DNA from: Octopus sinensis
Lineage: Eukaryota
Length of the DNA: 64,000 nucleotides
Reading direction: 5' to 3'
Assembly: GCF_006345805.1 (NCBI RefSeq)
Contig: NC_042998.1
Location: 33,356,001 to 33,420,000 of the forward strand
A program made the position numbers and the translations under genes. Below, piece by piece: positions 23,653 to 37,528 of the stretch. Each line of letters begins with the position of its first letter. The first letter of the stretch is position 1. The notes under the pieces were generated by a model that was not told where the DNA came from, searched no databases, and saw only the letters and a list, made by a program, of their open reading frames with translations.

Positions 23653-25572
23653 ACCTCATACCTTCTACTTGGTAACCAGTATGGATGCTGACACTACTGT
23701 TTGGTAGTGCTTTGTTCAAGTCGGCCTACAGGAAGGCCATGTCCAAGGCACAGAGGCTGTGGAATCTGCAGAGCTGCAGCACAGTGGTGGTAGACAGCAT
23801 TCTGGATGCATTGAAGAGGAGGCTGGTGGTCTCCAACAGTACTGGTTGGAACTCTACCTAAGACTTTGTTGTTGTCCTCAACAACCTATTTCTTTACTAC
23901 CCACAAGGGGCTAAACACAGAGAGGACAAACAAGAACAGACAAACGGATTAAGTCGATTATATCGACCCCAGTGCGTAACTGGTACTTATTTAATCGACT
24001 CCGAAAGGATGCTGGAGAAGAATAGTGGAGCTTGCAGACCTTCATTGATTCTGATGTCAGCTTCTTGGCAGAGTATACCCAGGTGATGTCTAATGTTGCC
24101 AAGGCCTTGCATAAAATCCAGGGAGATGACCAGGCCTATCTCGGGAGCCTTATGGTAACTGTAGTGGCTACCGTCATAAGGTTAAACGAGGTCAAGTTCA
24201 AACATCTCCTGTATTGCAGTCCCCTTGTAGACACAATACTAGCAGACATCACGAAAAGATTTGGGCTCCTCCTAGAAGACCTGGAGCGCCAGCTGGCTGC
24301 TACCTTCCACTCCAAATTTTGCACGTTCTGGCTGGAGCAGTATAATAACAGTCAGGTTAGCAGAGTAACTCTCTCTCTCTCCCTGGGATAGTAGAGAGTT
24401 CTCTCCCCGCTTGCAATATATATCGAGTGTGAAGCGCACTGGTTAACTAGCTGGTGGAGGAGTCCTCCTGGGGTGAAAATAGTAGAGTAGCAAATGCCAT
24501 GGAGACCGTCAAAGAGACAGTGCTGATGGAGACCAATGAGGAGGGCAGCAGACCGGGCGTTGTGTGCGTTTATTGAGCGAAAACACCTAAAGCTCAATGA
24601 GGCTCCGGCAGGGGGTGGTGGGGACCCCTGTTGTACTCTTTCGCTCCAACTTTCTCTCGCTCTTTCTTCCTGTTTCTTGTCCCCGACTTCCTACGCAACC
24701 GCTGAGCCTGGATGCATATTCATCCATCCGTCGATGCTCTCGGTGTCGGGGGTTGACCTGCTTTCTCTTCCGCGGGTCTTACGAATAGCAAAGGACCACA
24801 TTTCGGACTTCTCCCACGAGGACGAAGACCGCTTCACTCAACAAACAAACAAACAAGCACCACCAGCAATGTGGATGTGGATGATTATTTCTTCAGCAAC
24901 GTTGCTCAATTCCGAGAGAGCAGGTGCCACAGGTCACTGAAGTCTAAGGTGCAAAACTTGGTGAAGACCTGGCTGGAGGCAGTCTCAAACGAGGTCCTGA
25001 CTGGAGGCTTCTTTTTGGGTGAACAGATCCTGATCAACCTGTTCACCAAGTATAACACAGCTTTTCCATCCAGTGCTGCAGTTGAGAGCCTATTCCCTAT
25101 AGGCAAAGATATTTTTAGGGCCAAGAGAGCTACGCTGTCAGATGGTAACTTTGAGAGGCTGATGTTTATGAAGGGCAACCAGCATCACATGCTATACTAT
25201 ACGTTTTTGATTCGTTTAGTACTTTTAGTACAGTAAATAAAGTGTATGTTGACTGAAAAACTAATGTTTAATTTCATATGCTCATTTAATTATTTGCGTA
25301 CACCTTGATAATCATCTGATCTTGGCATGCTATACTTTTTTGGAAAGCTCTGTGTCTAAGCTACAACATGAAAATTTCCTCTCTCTAGATCTGGTTTTGA
25401 GGGGTTTAGAGCCAAAAAAAAACAAACTAAAGCTAAATTCATATGATAAATGTTAGTGGTTATCAGCTAGTGTTAGCTTCCACTAATTTTTTTTTTAGCT
25501 GTTTAGCAGTTTTGAAGCTAACTTTTTTAGTTAGCGGTTAGCGAAGCTAGCTTCTTCATTAGCTGTAACCAC

Positions 25573-25639
<67 letters not shown>

Positions 25640-26109
25640 ATACATACACACACATCAAAAGGATGTGTTATAATACTACTCCACAGCCATACCAACAAAC
25701 CAACCAACATGCCTCCCTCATCAGCTGCCCCACAGATATCATTATGGTTTCAACACATTCTTTTATTCTTTTATGTTTCAGCCTTGATGCTGCGGCCATG
25801 TTGGGACACCACCATTGTGAAACCTTATAATTATGATTAATGCCCCGATATGGAAACACGTGATTGAAATCTCTTTTATCTCTTCTCCTAATTCAGTGAA
25901 ACAAGTTTCGATACGATTTCGATTGGTGAAGGGACTGAGACCCACTCAAACCAAGGACTGAACCGCAGAGCTTCATATTGGGTTGGTGCATAATTATTGC
26001 ACCTTTTTTACAACAAATTTTATTCAACAAAAACAATAACATGTAACATCTTTAAATGATTATTCCGGAGCATATTCACCATCTACTTCAATTACTGCTT
26101 CTCGTTTGA

Positions 26110-26530
26110 GGACACCCCGTAAAGAAACGAAGAAGAGACAACAATCAATGCACAGATTTATGCCAACGGGTAGATGTTGTGTATAGAATACAATGTAACA
26201 AATGCAACAAGTTCTATGTGGGTAGCACAAGACCGTTACACGTCCGCATCACATCTGAACACGAAAACATCTAAGCAGATGCTGGAACACCGACAAAAGC
26301 ATAGCAGTCACAACTGAGGCCTATGAAAGAAATTTGGGTAATTTAAGAATTAAGGAAGCTATACTAATACACAGACTATGACCCCAAATTAACAACAGGC
26401 TGGAGGTTGGTAATCAATATATTATTTAGCTACATCTGGATGCGTATAGGTTCATCTTTGATAATATGCTCATTTATTGTTTATAATATCTGAAGAAGGA
26501 ATTTTATTCCGAAATATTATCAGACTATGG
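26110..26530 (+). mobile_element. Penelope-like element 3' fragment (GIY-YIG endonuclease)
   Basis: CQRVDVVYRIQCNKCNKFYVGSTRPLHVRITSEHE and IKEAILIH..PQIN, followed by a hammerhead core. Confidence 0.8.
26483..26520 (+). ncRNA. Partial hammerhead motif downstream of a Penelope-like endonuclease fragment
   Basis: CUGAAGA A GGAAU-uuu-AUUCC GAAA UAUU; only 2 bp of stem I remain. Confidence 0.5.
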
Positions 26531-27262
26531 ATGACTAAATTACTACGGGTATATAGCCTATTGTCTGTATTATAATGCATTGTTGTACCATTCAAAACTT
26601 TTTATTCTTTACAAACAATACACAATGCTTCAAGCGAACTACAATACTCTCCAATATTGTTATTGTTTTTGTTGAATAAAATTTGTTGAAAAAAAGCTGC
26701 AATAATTATGCACCAACCCAATACGTTAAATATATTAATCCAAACTCTCCCTGACATATTCTTTGTTAAAATGGATACTAGAATTGGGAGAGCATAAAAC
26801 ATAAATGTTTTTCCCCTTGAAATATTCATATAATTCATAAGTAGCTTGCATCATTTCCACAACTTCTATTTCAATAAAGACAATCACTCATTGATGAAAT
26901 ATTCGGATCATGAGCATTTGGGAGATTAACCCTGTTCCATTATATCCAAATAAGTGAAGGCGCATGGCTTAATGGTTAGGGTGTCAGCACCATGATCGTA
27001 AGATTGTGCTTTCGATTTCTGGACCGGGCGACGCGTTGTGTTCTTGAGCAAAACACTTCATTTCACGTTGCTCCAGTTCACTCAGCTGGAAGAAATGAGC
27101 AACCCTGCGATGGACTGGCGTCCCGTCCAGCTGGGGAACACATACACCATTTAAACCGGGAAACCGGGCCTATGAGCCTGGCTAGGGTTTAAAAGGGGCG
27201 CATTTATTTATTTTTTTTATTATTATATCCAAATAATATATTTATTAATCGAAATATTAATC

Positions 27263-27395
27263 AGGTGCAGGAGTGGCCGTGTGCTAAGAAGCTTGCTTCC
27301 CAGCCACGTGGTTCCGGGTTCAGTCCCTCTGCGTAGCACTTTGGGCAAGTGTCTTGTGAGTGGATTTGGTAGACGGAAACTGAAAGAAGCCCGTC

Positions 27396-27431
<36 letters not shown>

Positions 27432-27610
27432 ACATATGTTTGTCCTCCCCAACATCGCTTGGTGTATTTACGTCCCCGTAACTTAGCGCTTCGGCAAAAG
27501 GGGCCGATTGAATAAATACTAAGCTTACAAAGAATAAGTCCTGGGGGGTCGACTTGCTCGACTAAAGGCGGTGCTCCAGCATGGCCGCAGTCAAATGACC
27601 GAAACAAATT
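27263..27610 (+). mobile_element. SINE family A
   Basis: Colinear with the other copies, with a small deletion. Confidence 0.8.
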
Positions 27611-29466
27611 TAAAAAATAGCAGAAGGGATTCAGTAGATCATCAAATTCTGAATCGGATGCCACTCATATTGTGAACGGTGTTTGTGACAAGGTCAGGGT
27701 TAACCAGGGGAAAAACATAGCTGTGATTAACTACATAGTAATGGTGTTAAGTATCTTCTCTATAAACAAACATGACGAGCAGGAAAACATGAGCCAGGGT
27801 GATTCAGGAACTCCAGGATCTGAAGAATTATATATAATACTTTAAATTCTTTTGATAACCTAGTTGAAATAATACTCCATTTATTTACTAATTTATTGTA
27901 GTCCTGTGAATGGAAAACCACTGAGAAATTGTAAAGCATATCCTGACCATTCAGTTTCGGTACAAATATTTGTACTTATTGGTTGTATTGACGTCATTCC
28001 ATGACATGGAATTAAACAACAGTATTGTTCTTCAAATTATTCTAAGAATAACCACTTTTAATTATCAGAGGAATTATTTTGACTTTAAAACCACCGTTCC
28101 TGGAGAAATTTTGTAGAGTTACGTATTTCCATACAAAACAGTAATTATTATTATCACGTTACCGATACAAATCTATTTATATATGAATCGGTGCAGTGAA
28201 ATTATAACAATAACTCGGATGTAAAACAAAATAATTTCTTACACGTGGACATAAACGAGAGCGCGAACACACACACACGCACACATCTGAATTTTAGAGA
28301 TAAATTATGGAAACGCCGGATATATTATAAGTATTGCTCTTCAACTCGAGGGAAATAGATTCCTTGGCAAACTAACAAGAAAACATAATGAAAGAGGATC
28401 TTATCATTAATTTCCACAGTAGTTTACCGATAACTTAATAGGAAAGTTTTGTTCTTATAGTATTTACTTCGATTGGTAATGCGAAATTCTGTTATGACGT
28501 CAGTACGGAATTTCACGACAAGGAGGACAATTCTGTACAAGGACGGACGACAGTAAATGGGAATTAGAAATTAGAAGTCAATGGGGATAGTAAGAACGCA
28601 CCTTCGCCATTTATCTCATATCTGTCATCTTAAGTATTGTCAAAAGACTCTCAACACATACCGTTTCAGGCTGTCACTTTGTAAACAGGAATAAAAGCTA
28701 ACTGATATTATCAGCGGAAACTGTATAAATGCTTCTCGTTAGCTTTCTATCATATTCCTTCTGTTTGGAAAGAGTGAATGCCTCAAGTTTAATTTACCTT
28801 AAATATATGGTATAAAAACTATTTACATAATGCTTTAGCGTGAAATTCCCCGTCGCTAAGCCCCTGCAATGCCTGCTGTCGTAGGGGGCCTGTGCGGTTC
28901 AGCTGCTCAATGTTAAGATTAAAGAACGTAGATGAGTCACCTATTTATTGGGTTGGTGCATAATTATTGCGGCTTCTTTTTCAACAAATTTTATTCAACA
29001 ATAACAATATTTAACAAAAACATCTTTAAATGACGGTCTGACCGTCAGCCAGGCAAATGGAAAGCAGTAATTGAAGTAGATGGTGAATATGCTCCAGAAT
29101 AATCATTTAAAAATGTTTTTGTTACATGTTGAAAAAAAGCTGTAATAATTATGGTTAAGGTGTTGAACAAGAATTAAGCTATTTATGTTGACTGAAAATT
29201 TCAAGAAATAAAACTGTAACACATTGTACCTGCAAAAGTTCTTGTAAAAATATTAGATTGTTCCACGAACGTCCTCACCTAAATATGTGAAATATTGAAC
29301 TTCAGATAGAAGAAAGTAAAATATAGCTATGAATAAAAAGTGCGTAGATTATGAATTTTGATCGTAGGAATGGGGCCTCGAAACAAAATGATGCAGGAGA
29401 GGGGCTCTAAAAGTCACGCGATGTATTAAAATGTCCAAAACATTGTAGAATACCCATAATATTCTT

Positions 29467-30222
29467 TTGTACTCTAGGCACAAGGCCCGAAATAGATCGA
29501 TCGCAGTACGCAACTGGTACTTAATTTACCGACCCCGAAAGGATGAAAGGCAAAGTCGACCTCGGCGGAATTTGAACTCAGAACATAAAGACAGATGAAA
29601 TACCTATTTCTTTACTACCCACAAGGGGCTAAACACGGAGAGGACAAACGGATTAAGTCGATTATATCGACCCCAGTGCGTAACTGGTCCTTAATTTATC
29701 GACCCCGAAAGTATGAAAGGCAAAGTCGACCTCGGCGGAATTTGAACTCAGAACGTAACGGCAGACGAAACACCGCTAAGCATTTCGCCCGGCATGCTAA
29801 AGATTCTGCCAGCTCGCCGCCTGTTATATTCTTTTCTACTCTAGGTACAAGACCCGAAATTTTGGGGGAGGGGGGCCAGTCGATTAGATTGACCCCAGTA
29901 CGCAACTTAATTTATCGACCCCGAAAGGACGAAAGATGAAGTCGACCTCCGCGGAATTTGAAACCGGAACGTAAAGACAGACGAAATACCTATTTCTTTA
30001 CTACCCACAAGGGGCTAAACACAGAGGGGACAAACAAGGACAGACAAACGGAATAAGTCGATTACATCGACCTCAGTGCGTAACTGGTACTTAATTTATC
30101 GACCCTGAAAGGATGAAAGGCAAAGTCGACCTCGGCGGAATTTGAACTCAGAACGTAACGGCAGACGAAATACCGCTAAGCATTTTGCCTGGCGTGCTAA
30201 CGACTCTGCCAGCTCGCCGCCT
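29467..30222 (-). mobile_element. SINE family B multimer (about 4 units, two tail types)
   Basis: Junctions at 29597-29610 and 29983-29996. Confidence 0.8.
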
Positions 30223-30695
30223 TAGAATACCTGTAATATTGATCCTGGAATGGTAGTAATGCTGCAAGACAATAGGTTACTGATTGAAATAATAATTCAC
30301 ATCATTTGTTGCGTTCCGTTTCATTGCATTATTACAGACAGGGGTCGATTTTGCCTTTTCCTATCTCTAAGGCTTGATCAAGTAATTGTTCGTATTTTAA
30401 ATTGACATTATAGACTCGATATAACACAGATGCACAACGTGGTCCAGTTGGAACACTACAAGTCATTAACAGTTTTAAAATATAAACACAATTAGTTTTA
30501 TGTTTTAGCGCGTTGCATAATGCAATACAAGGGCCTCGGTCGATCAGGATTGACCTATATTTGTATATGCATGAGCAGGCCAAAATAAAGTTTTTTTTCT
30601 CTTTCTTCTCTCTTTTTAATCATTATGTAAAATATAGCTAATTGCTCTCAAGCATGCAAGTCTCCTTTCTCAATGCCAGCAATGTTGTGTTAGAG

Positions 30696-31218
30696 CAGGG
30701 ATCACCAACTTACAGCTGGGTTCGGCCCGCGCGGTCAGTTCATCCGGCCCACCGCCGCACTGTACCTTTTGTGTAAATACCTGCAATGAGAGTTCATTTG
30801 CCTCTGGCATGGCATCAGTGTTTGGAACAACTTATGTCTGTGAGCAAATATTTTCAATAATGAAGAATGTGAAGCCAGAACATCAAACGAGGTTGACTAA
30901 TGAACATTTGAAAGCAATCCTCTTGGTTGGATGCAGCAATTCCAAAGCAAATATTGATGTCTTAAAAGCTAAACACCAGTTTCACAAACCTTTTTGCCTG
31001 TTTAGTTAGTGAGATTCGGATATGTGCACACTGGGCCTGATATAACTATCTTATTGCTAACGTTGCCTTCTTTGATAACTTCTTTGGTAAATAAATATGT
31101 TGGTTGTCTTCATTTTCTATCTATTCACAGTATTGAATTGAAAAATATGGTTATGTGGCCCGCGCTCTTTATTCTCTCAGTTATTTGGTCCACCGTGAAA
31201 AAAGTTTGGTGACCTATG
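30696..31218 (+). mobile_element. Internally deleted hAT Charlie/Buster-type element
   Basis: TIRs CAGGGATCACCAAC and GTTTGGTGACCTATG; encodes MASVFGTTYVCEQIFSIMK..RLTNEHL; imperfect 8-bp flanks TGTTAGAG and TGCTAAGG. Confidence 0.8.
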
Positions 31219-34200
31219 TGCTAAGGAAAAGTCAACGCTTTGGAGGTGATACAGCTTAGCACTCGTGTCGTAGCAGGTGTTATTAGAAAGCGAAAGGCTG
31301 GAACAGATACCTCAAGATATTTCTTGAGACCGACGTTGTAACAGTTCCACAAGACTACTTCCCCTGTTTTCCCAAAGTATGAAAAATGAAGTTGACTTCG
31401 GTAGTATTTGAACTCAGATCGTAGAGAATAGGAACAAATAACAGGTGGTACTCTATCCGATGCTCTTCCAATAACTCAATTTGTCCTCTTCTGGTTGACG
31501 GTCCATAAAATTTTCCCCAATTCTTTTGTGTGGGTCACCTTCTAAAAATGGGTTTTCACAGCTTTGCAGAATGTATAGTCTTGCACACAACCGAGATAAA
31601 TATACGAGTTTGCCATCACAAAATGTACTGAAGAAGTGGTCAATTCTCGATAAGATTAGTTTACAAGTCGCTTTCGATTTCCGATTGAAATCAATTCGAT
31701 TCCTTTATGCCGCTGGTGTTTTGTGGAAAATCATGAACGCCACACCTTGCGACATTTCTCTCTTTTCTCTCTTTCTCACATCACGGTATCTCGATATCGA
31801 CCAGACGACCGAATATTGTTACACATTGCTGGTCACAATGCGCTTTCACATCGTTTTAGCTTTCGAAAGATGTTGCTACCTTGCTGACGAGACGGGCAGA
31901 CCAACGTTTCCCCAAGACCGGAAGGCTAATCCGTCACATGGTGAACCATTTACGGTTGAGTGGACTGGAGCAACGTGAAAAAAAAAGTGCTTTGTTCAAG
32001 AACACAACATGCAGCCTGTCTGAGAATTGAAACTACAATCGTGAGATCGTGAGTACAATACTCCTAACCACTAGGCCACGTTTTTTTTTTTCTGCTTTCT
32101 CAAGAAAAAGTCGTATAACCCATTGTGTCTTTCAAAAACAAAACAAAAACAATTAAATATTCCTTATAATTAGGTCAAGTGATTAGTTAAATGAAACTAC
32201 TTCTTGTCGGGTAAATTGTTTAGCGGCATTTTGTCTGTCTTTACGTTCCGAGTTCAATTTCTGCCGAGGTCGACTTCACATTTCACCCTTTCAGGGTCGA
32301 AAAAATTAGTACCAGTTGACCTCTGATATCGATGTAATCGATTTTATCCCTTCGCCGAACTTTCTGACTTTTTGCCAAAACTGGAAATCATTATTATACT
32401 TTGGTAATACTTCGTCTATATATAAATCTCGGTTAGAAAAACATATCTACTCTGTTGTGTGCTACTAAAACTCTTATTATGACTCGACGAAACTCTTTTG
32501 AACTCGACAAAAACAAAAAGTCTTATCACGGCAATATTTGATATTAATTATTTGGTGGCCGTGTTTTCAAGTATTTCCTGTTGATATCGATAAAACCGTG
32601 TTTACTGGTAAATATTTTCGGAAACGAACACTTCAATGCGTCAAGGCAGCAAAAGAGGAGAATTGATTCTACTCGGCCAGATTTTCATTGGCGTAGAATT
32701 CAAACGTGTATTCTTGCACCGTAAAGTTAATAAATTCCTGGTGTATTGGCAGTGCCGGATCTAAACGTAAGCTGAACGGCTTAGGGCCTCATGATGCGTA
32801 GGAGGCTCAAAATAGTTAACAAAGATATATTTTCAATTTTTATGACTGTTTCTGGTCCTCGGCATTGTGGGATGATTTCGTTTACGTTCAAACAATATCT
32901 CTTTTCTTAAGAGAGATCATGAAAATAATATCGCATTTTCATTTTCAATAAATTCATAGGAAGCCTTTGTAGCCTGTCAAAATATATTTTTTTAATGTAT
33001 CTAACGAAATTAGCGTGTACAATATTGTCCCCTATCCGCCATGAGGCTTCTTCCGAGCAGCTATGGGGTGTAAAGTAAATAGTGAACAACGGATAACCCT
33101 CCTTAGCTTATCAGCAAGATATAATTGACCAAATAGTTTGTGAATGGTGCTGAGCAGACTGAGACTGTTTGGAAGCACGTCGTAAAGACGTTACGTATGT
33201 ATAAAGTTAAGTTAAAGTCTTATCTAAGTTTCCATGACATTTAAGAAGCTCCCAAGTTGTTGGTATATTTTAGCTTTCCAGGACTATCATGAAAACATAT
33301 ATATAAAAAAAAATATGTGATGCACGATGAACTTTCTTTTGTACATTTATTAATTTTGGTCACCGAACTGTAGTCATGCTGAAGCACCACATTCTAAGAC
33401 TTTTGTCCATCATATCAACTCCAGTGCTTTGTCTTATATTTAATTTATCGATATCTATTTGTCGAACGACTAGTTGCGGGGCATAAAGCTACACATGCTT
33501 ATTTTTGCTGAATTGGAAACCTAAAATTGAACCATAGCTCCTGTCTCAGTTAAGAGCTTGGGACCCTGATAATCCGTTACAGCACTTACCCAGCGTACCT
33601 ATTCGTGTAGATCACCTGTGAACTACACACACATAAGAATAAGCATATTAAAAGGGTCTCATTTAAATAAAATGCTTGAGAGCCACTGATCTAGGGTCTA
33701 TTTCATTCTGTCCAGCCAAGATTTGGAAACCTCATTCTTCTGGTGTCTTCTACATCAGAATAACCAGCTTCACTTTCTGGGGTCTCCCTGACAAAATGGA
33801 AACGGTTTGGAGAATTTGCTGTCTTTCATGCAAAGTGTTGAGGCCACAAAAGAATACATGAAACATTTGGGCTTAAATGATACCAAAGAGCTCTTTCTCC
33901 CTGCAAATACCTGGAAACTTTGCGGATATGTGGTCCGCGCTCTTTATTTTCTCAGTTATTTGGTCCGCCGTGAAAAAAAGTTTGGTGACCCCTGTGCTAG
34001 GGAAAGGCCAACGCTTTGGAGGTGATGCGGCTTAGCACTCGTGTCGTAGCAGGTGTTATTAGAAAGCGAAAGGCTGGAACAGATACTTCAAGACATTTCT
34101 TGAGACCGACGTTGTAACAGTTCCACAAGACTACTTCCCCTGTTTTCCCAAAGTATGAAAAATGAAGTTGACTTCGGTAGTATTTGAACTCAGATCGTAG

Positions 34201-35459
34201 AGAATAGGAACAAATAACAGGTGGTACTCTATCCGATGCTCTTCCAATAACTCAATTTGTCCTCTTGTGGTTGACGGTACATAAAATTTTCCCCAATTTT
34301 TTGTGTGGGCCACCTTCTAAAAGTGGGTTTTCAAAGCTCTGCAGAATGTATAGTCTTGCACACAACCGAGATAAATATACGAGTTTGCCATCACAAAATG
34401 TACTGAAGAAATGGTCAATTCTCGATAAGATTAGTTTGACAGGGGTGAATCGGTTTAGTTAACCGGATCAAAATACTTGCATGTAACAAGTTCCTTTTCT
34501 CTATTGCATAAGAGAGAGAAACATCATTTCTAGCAAATCGTAGCACAAAATATTTCACTTGGTCGTGAAGAACATTTGAAATCTCATGCACAAAATTTGA
34601 CTTCTGATTTAGATTAATTAAAACCGATTGATATGGCCATTTCTAATGTGCATAGCAATATAATCGGCTGTAATGCAGTACTACATTGATCAAAGGATCT
34701 TTTCTATTTAGCTGCCAAGGTCAATTTTAGTTCGAATTAATTTCATATTCAATGTAATAATACACTTTTATAGGCTAAACAATGCTATGAGCATCATTTT
34801 CGTCATAATAAATAAAGAGTTGTTAACTATTAGAGTTTGAACATTTTGGGTAATTTTAGCCAATCGTAAGCCACAGACATATTCATACCTGTTTCCATAG
34901 TAACAAGCCGAACAAGAGATCTCTTTTGTCTATGAGAAAGCACGTGTTGACTGAAACCATTTATTGACGCTGTGTTCTATTGTTTTACCAACCTAGAAAT
35001 TTTACAGATTTGTTTGATTTTGTTTTTAGATAAATCTTTTAAGTTCGTGCTATAAATCTCTTATTTTGAGAAATATTTAATTTGTAATGTGCTGTTTATC
35101 GCATTAAATTCGTATTGAAAGCTTAAAACTACAAAAGACGTGTTTTTACTTGTTTTCCGCGTATAGAAAACAAATATTAACAACAAATGCTTTTTTCAGT
35201 ATGTTGACAAAATGTGCAGTCACGCACAAAATGACAGCTTCCAAATCCTGTTTCCTGACTGGATGAAAATTATCAAACTTCAAACTTCAATAACTTTAAA
35301 AAAAAAAAAATTCTGGAAAAAGTGAATAACTGCAGCAATTCAGCATGGAAAGCTACATTAACGTACCAAATATTAAAATTTTCGATAAACTTCAATTTTT
35401 GAAATCTTGGCAGCCAAACAGAAATGATCATCCACTGAACGGAAATAGATAGCAAGAGA

Positions 35460-35492
35460 GATAGACGTATGTAGAGAGAGAGAGACAGAGAC

Positions 35493-35523
<31 letters not shown>

Positions 35524-35945
35524 AGAGAGAGAGACAGAGAGAGAATGGATGAAAGGAAGGAAGAAAGAAAGAAAGAAAAAGGAAAGAAAGAAGGAAGGAA
35601 TGAAGGAAAGAAAGAAAGAAAGAAGGAAAGAAAGAAAGAAAAGTAAGAAGGAAAAAAGAAGGAAGGAAAGAAAGTAAGAAAGAAGGAAATATGGAAGAAA
35701 GAAAGAAAGAAAGAAAGGAAGAAAGAAAGAAAGAAAGAAAGAAGGAAAGAAAGAAAGAAGAAAAGTAAGTAAGAAAGAAAGAAAGAAAGAAAGAAAGGAA
35801 GAAAGAAGGAAAGCAGGAGCAGGAAAGAATGAAAGAAAGAAAGAAAGAGGAAAGGAAGGAAATAAGGAAAGAAAGAAGGAAAGCAGGAAAGAAGGAAAGA
35901 AAGAAAGTGAGAGAGAGCTAAGGGATGGAAAAGAAAATGCAAAGA
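35460..35945. repeat. Compound (GA)n/(GAAA)n purine tract
   Basis: About 480 nt of almost purely purine + strand. Confidence 0.95.
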
Positions 35946-36127
35946 CTCCACATCGCAACGATTTCAATGAGGAGCATGAAGAGGAGCGGTTCTAAACTGC
36001 GGCACACGGGGGCAGAATGCAGCCCTCACGCATCCTTCTGGAAAAGAGCGATACCTACATTCAAAAGAAAGAGACGCAGCAGAAAATAGCCCCATAACAC
36101 AAAATTTCTCAAATACACACACTTACA

Positions 36128-36204
<77 letters not shown>

Positions 36205-36210
36205 ATATAA

Positions 36211-36811
36211 AAGGCAGCGAGCTGGCAGAAACGTTAGCGCGCCGGGCGAAATGCTTAGCGGTATTTCGTCTACCGCTACGTTCTGAGTTCAGATTCCGCC
36301 GAGGTCGACTTTGCCTTTCATCTTTTCGAGGTCGATAAATTAAGGACCAGTTACGCACTGGGGTCGATATAATCGACTTAATCCGTTTGTCTGTCCCTGT
36401 TTGTCCTCTCTGTGTTTAGCCCCTTGTGGGTAGTAAAGAAATAGGTATTTCGTCTGCCGTTACGTTCTGAGTTCAAATTTCGCTAAGTCGACTTTGCCTT
36501 TCATCCTTTCAGGGTCGATAAATGAAGGACCAGTTACGCACTGGGGTCGATATAATCGACTTAATCCGTTTGTCTGTCCCTGTTTGTCCTCTCTGTGTTT
36601 AGCCCCTTGTGGGTAGTAAAGAAATAGGTATTTCGTCTGCCGTTACGTTCTGAGTTCAAATTCCGCCGAGGTCGACTTTGCTTTTCATCCTTTTGGGGTC
36701 GATAAATTAAGTACCAGTTACGCACTGGGGTCGATATAATCGACTTAATCCGTTTGTCTGTCTTTGTTTGTCCCCTCTATGTTTAGCCCCTTGTGGGCAA
36801 TAAAGAAATAT
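36211..36811 (+). mobile_element. SINE family B trimer
   Basis: Junctions GAAATAGGTATTTC at 36438-36451 and 36621-36634. Confidence 0.85.
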
Positions 36812-37260
36812 ATATTGTAAATATGCGTGTGCGTGCAAGGGTGCACATCAGTTCGTCTGTCTATATGTTTCCATATCATTGTTTTTGCTGAGTGCTTTAT
36901 TTTTGCCAAATGTGTGAAGGAACTGCTTTTCATTCTCAAACGAATGCATCCTAGAGCGCAGACTTCAACTAACATCTAATCTCCATAGCCCACAACCATT
37001 ATCAAACACTTCACGCGTCAACATACACGACCAACATGTAGTGTCCCTAATGACCTTCAAGTACTTAGCGAAAAAATTACATTCTGTCACTCCTTAATCC
37101 TCAATTTCATCATAGGTTTTTATTCCCTTTTTTTGGGAGCTACTTTTTCTCTCTCGTTCTTGTATTATAACCGAATAAACTTTCAGTTCTATATTTAAGA
37201 GATGAGGAATTATGTACATTATTTACATTTGACAGATATTTGTCCTCATCTTGTTTGTTG

Positions 37261-37310
37261 TTAACACAACGTTTCCGCTGATATACCCTCCAGCCTTCAT
37301 CAGGTGTCTT
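37261..37310 (-). ncRNA. Hammerhead motif, left arm of inverted pair
   Basis: Same core as 16396-16441, but the stem II closing pair is G.G. Confidence 0.6.
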
Positions 37311-37398
37311 GGGGATATTTCGAACCTGGGTTCTCATTCCAAAGGTATTTTTCGATGTTATTATTATTCGATTCCAGGCAATGACCTGAATAATAATA

Positions 37399-37467
<69 letters not shown>

Positions 37468-37528
37468 TCAACAACAACAACATCGAAAAATACCTTGGGA
37501 ATGAGAAACTAGGTTCGAAATTTCCCCA

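Larger units (their letters stand above)
19880..25570 (+). mobile_element. Fragmented hAT (Ac-like) transposon
   Basis: NMLPLHVVES (20.6 kb), TTVDC..NRSFLGMMAHW..MDNSKKFV (22.8-23.1 kb), HMKCAA, GWNST, hATC-like YNTAFPSSAAVESLF...LSDGNFERLMFMKGN (25.0-25.2 kb); GCTAAC-rich subterminal repeats. Confidence 0.85.
25978..26721. mobile_element. Mariner-derived MITE with nested Penelope fragment
   Basis: TA-flanked TIRs TTGGGTTGGTGCATAATTATTGC; family also at 42435-42687 (complete) and 28948-29152 (partial); internal residue of the transposase C-terminus AVIEVDGEYAPE*. Confidence 0.85.

Noticed and set aside
24750-24830. Possible HDV-like ribozyme in the SINE C variant tail, also tried in family H near 38570-38650
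   Set aside because: Only a simple stem-loop forms; I could not build the P1/P1.1/P2/P3 double pseudoknot
28495-28502. Perfect CRE palindrome TGACGTCA in a repeat-poor stretch
   Set aside because: A single 8-mer with no nearby gene start or conservation data
35373-35967. Long ORFs (192 and 179 aa) rich in F, L and S
   Set aside because: Translations of the (GAAA)n/(GA)n tract; the same applies to the I/L/N/Y/CV-rich ORFs at 2540-2959, 37251-37871, 38755-40371, 55901-56341 and 61892-63960
36211-36811. Regularly repeated units that could suggest a CRISPR array
   Set aside because: Units are about 180-230 bp SINE copies with no unique spacers; the DNA is eukaryotic and has no cas genes
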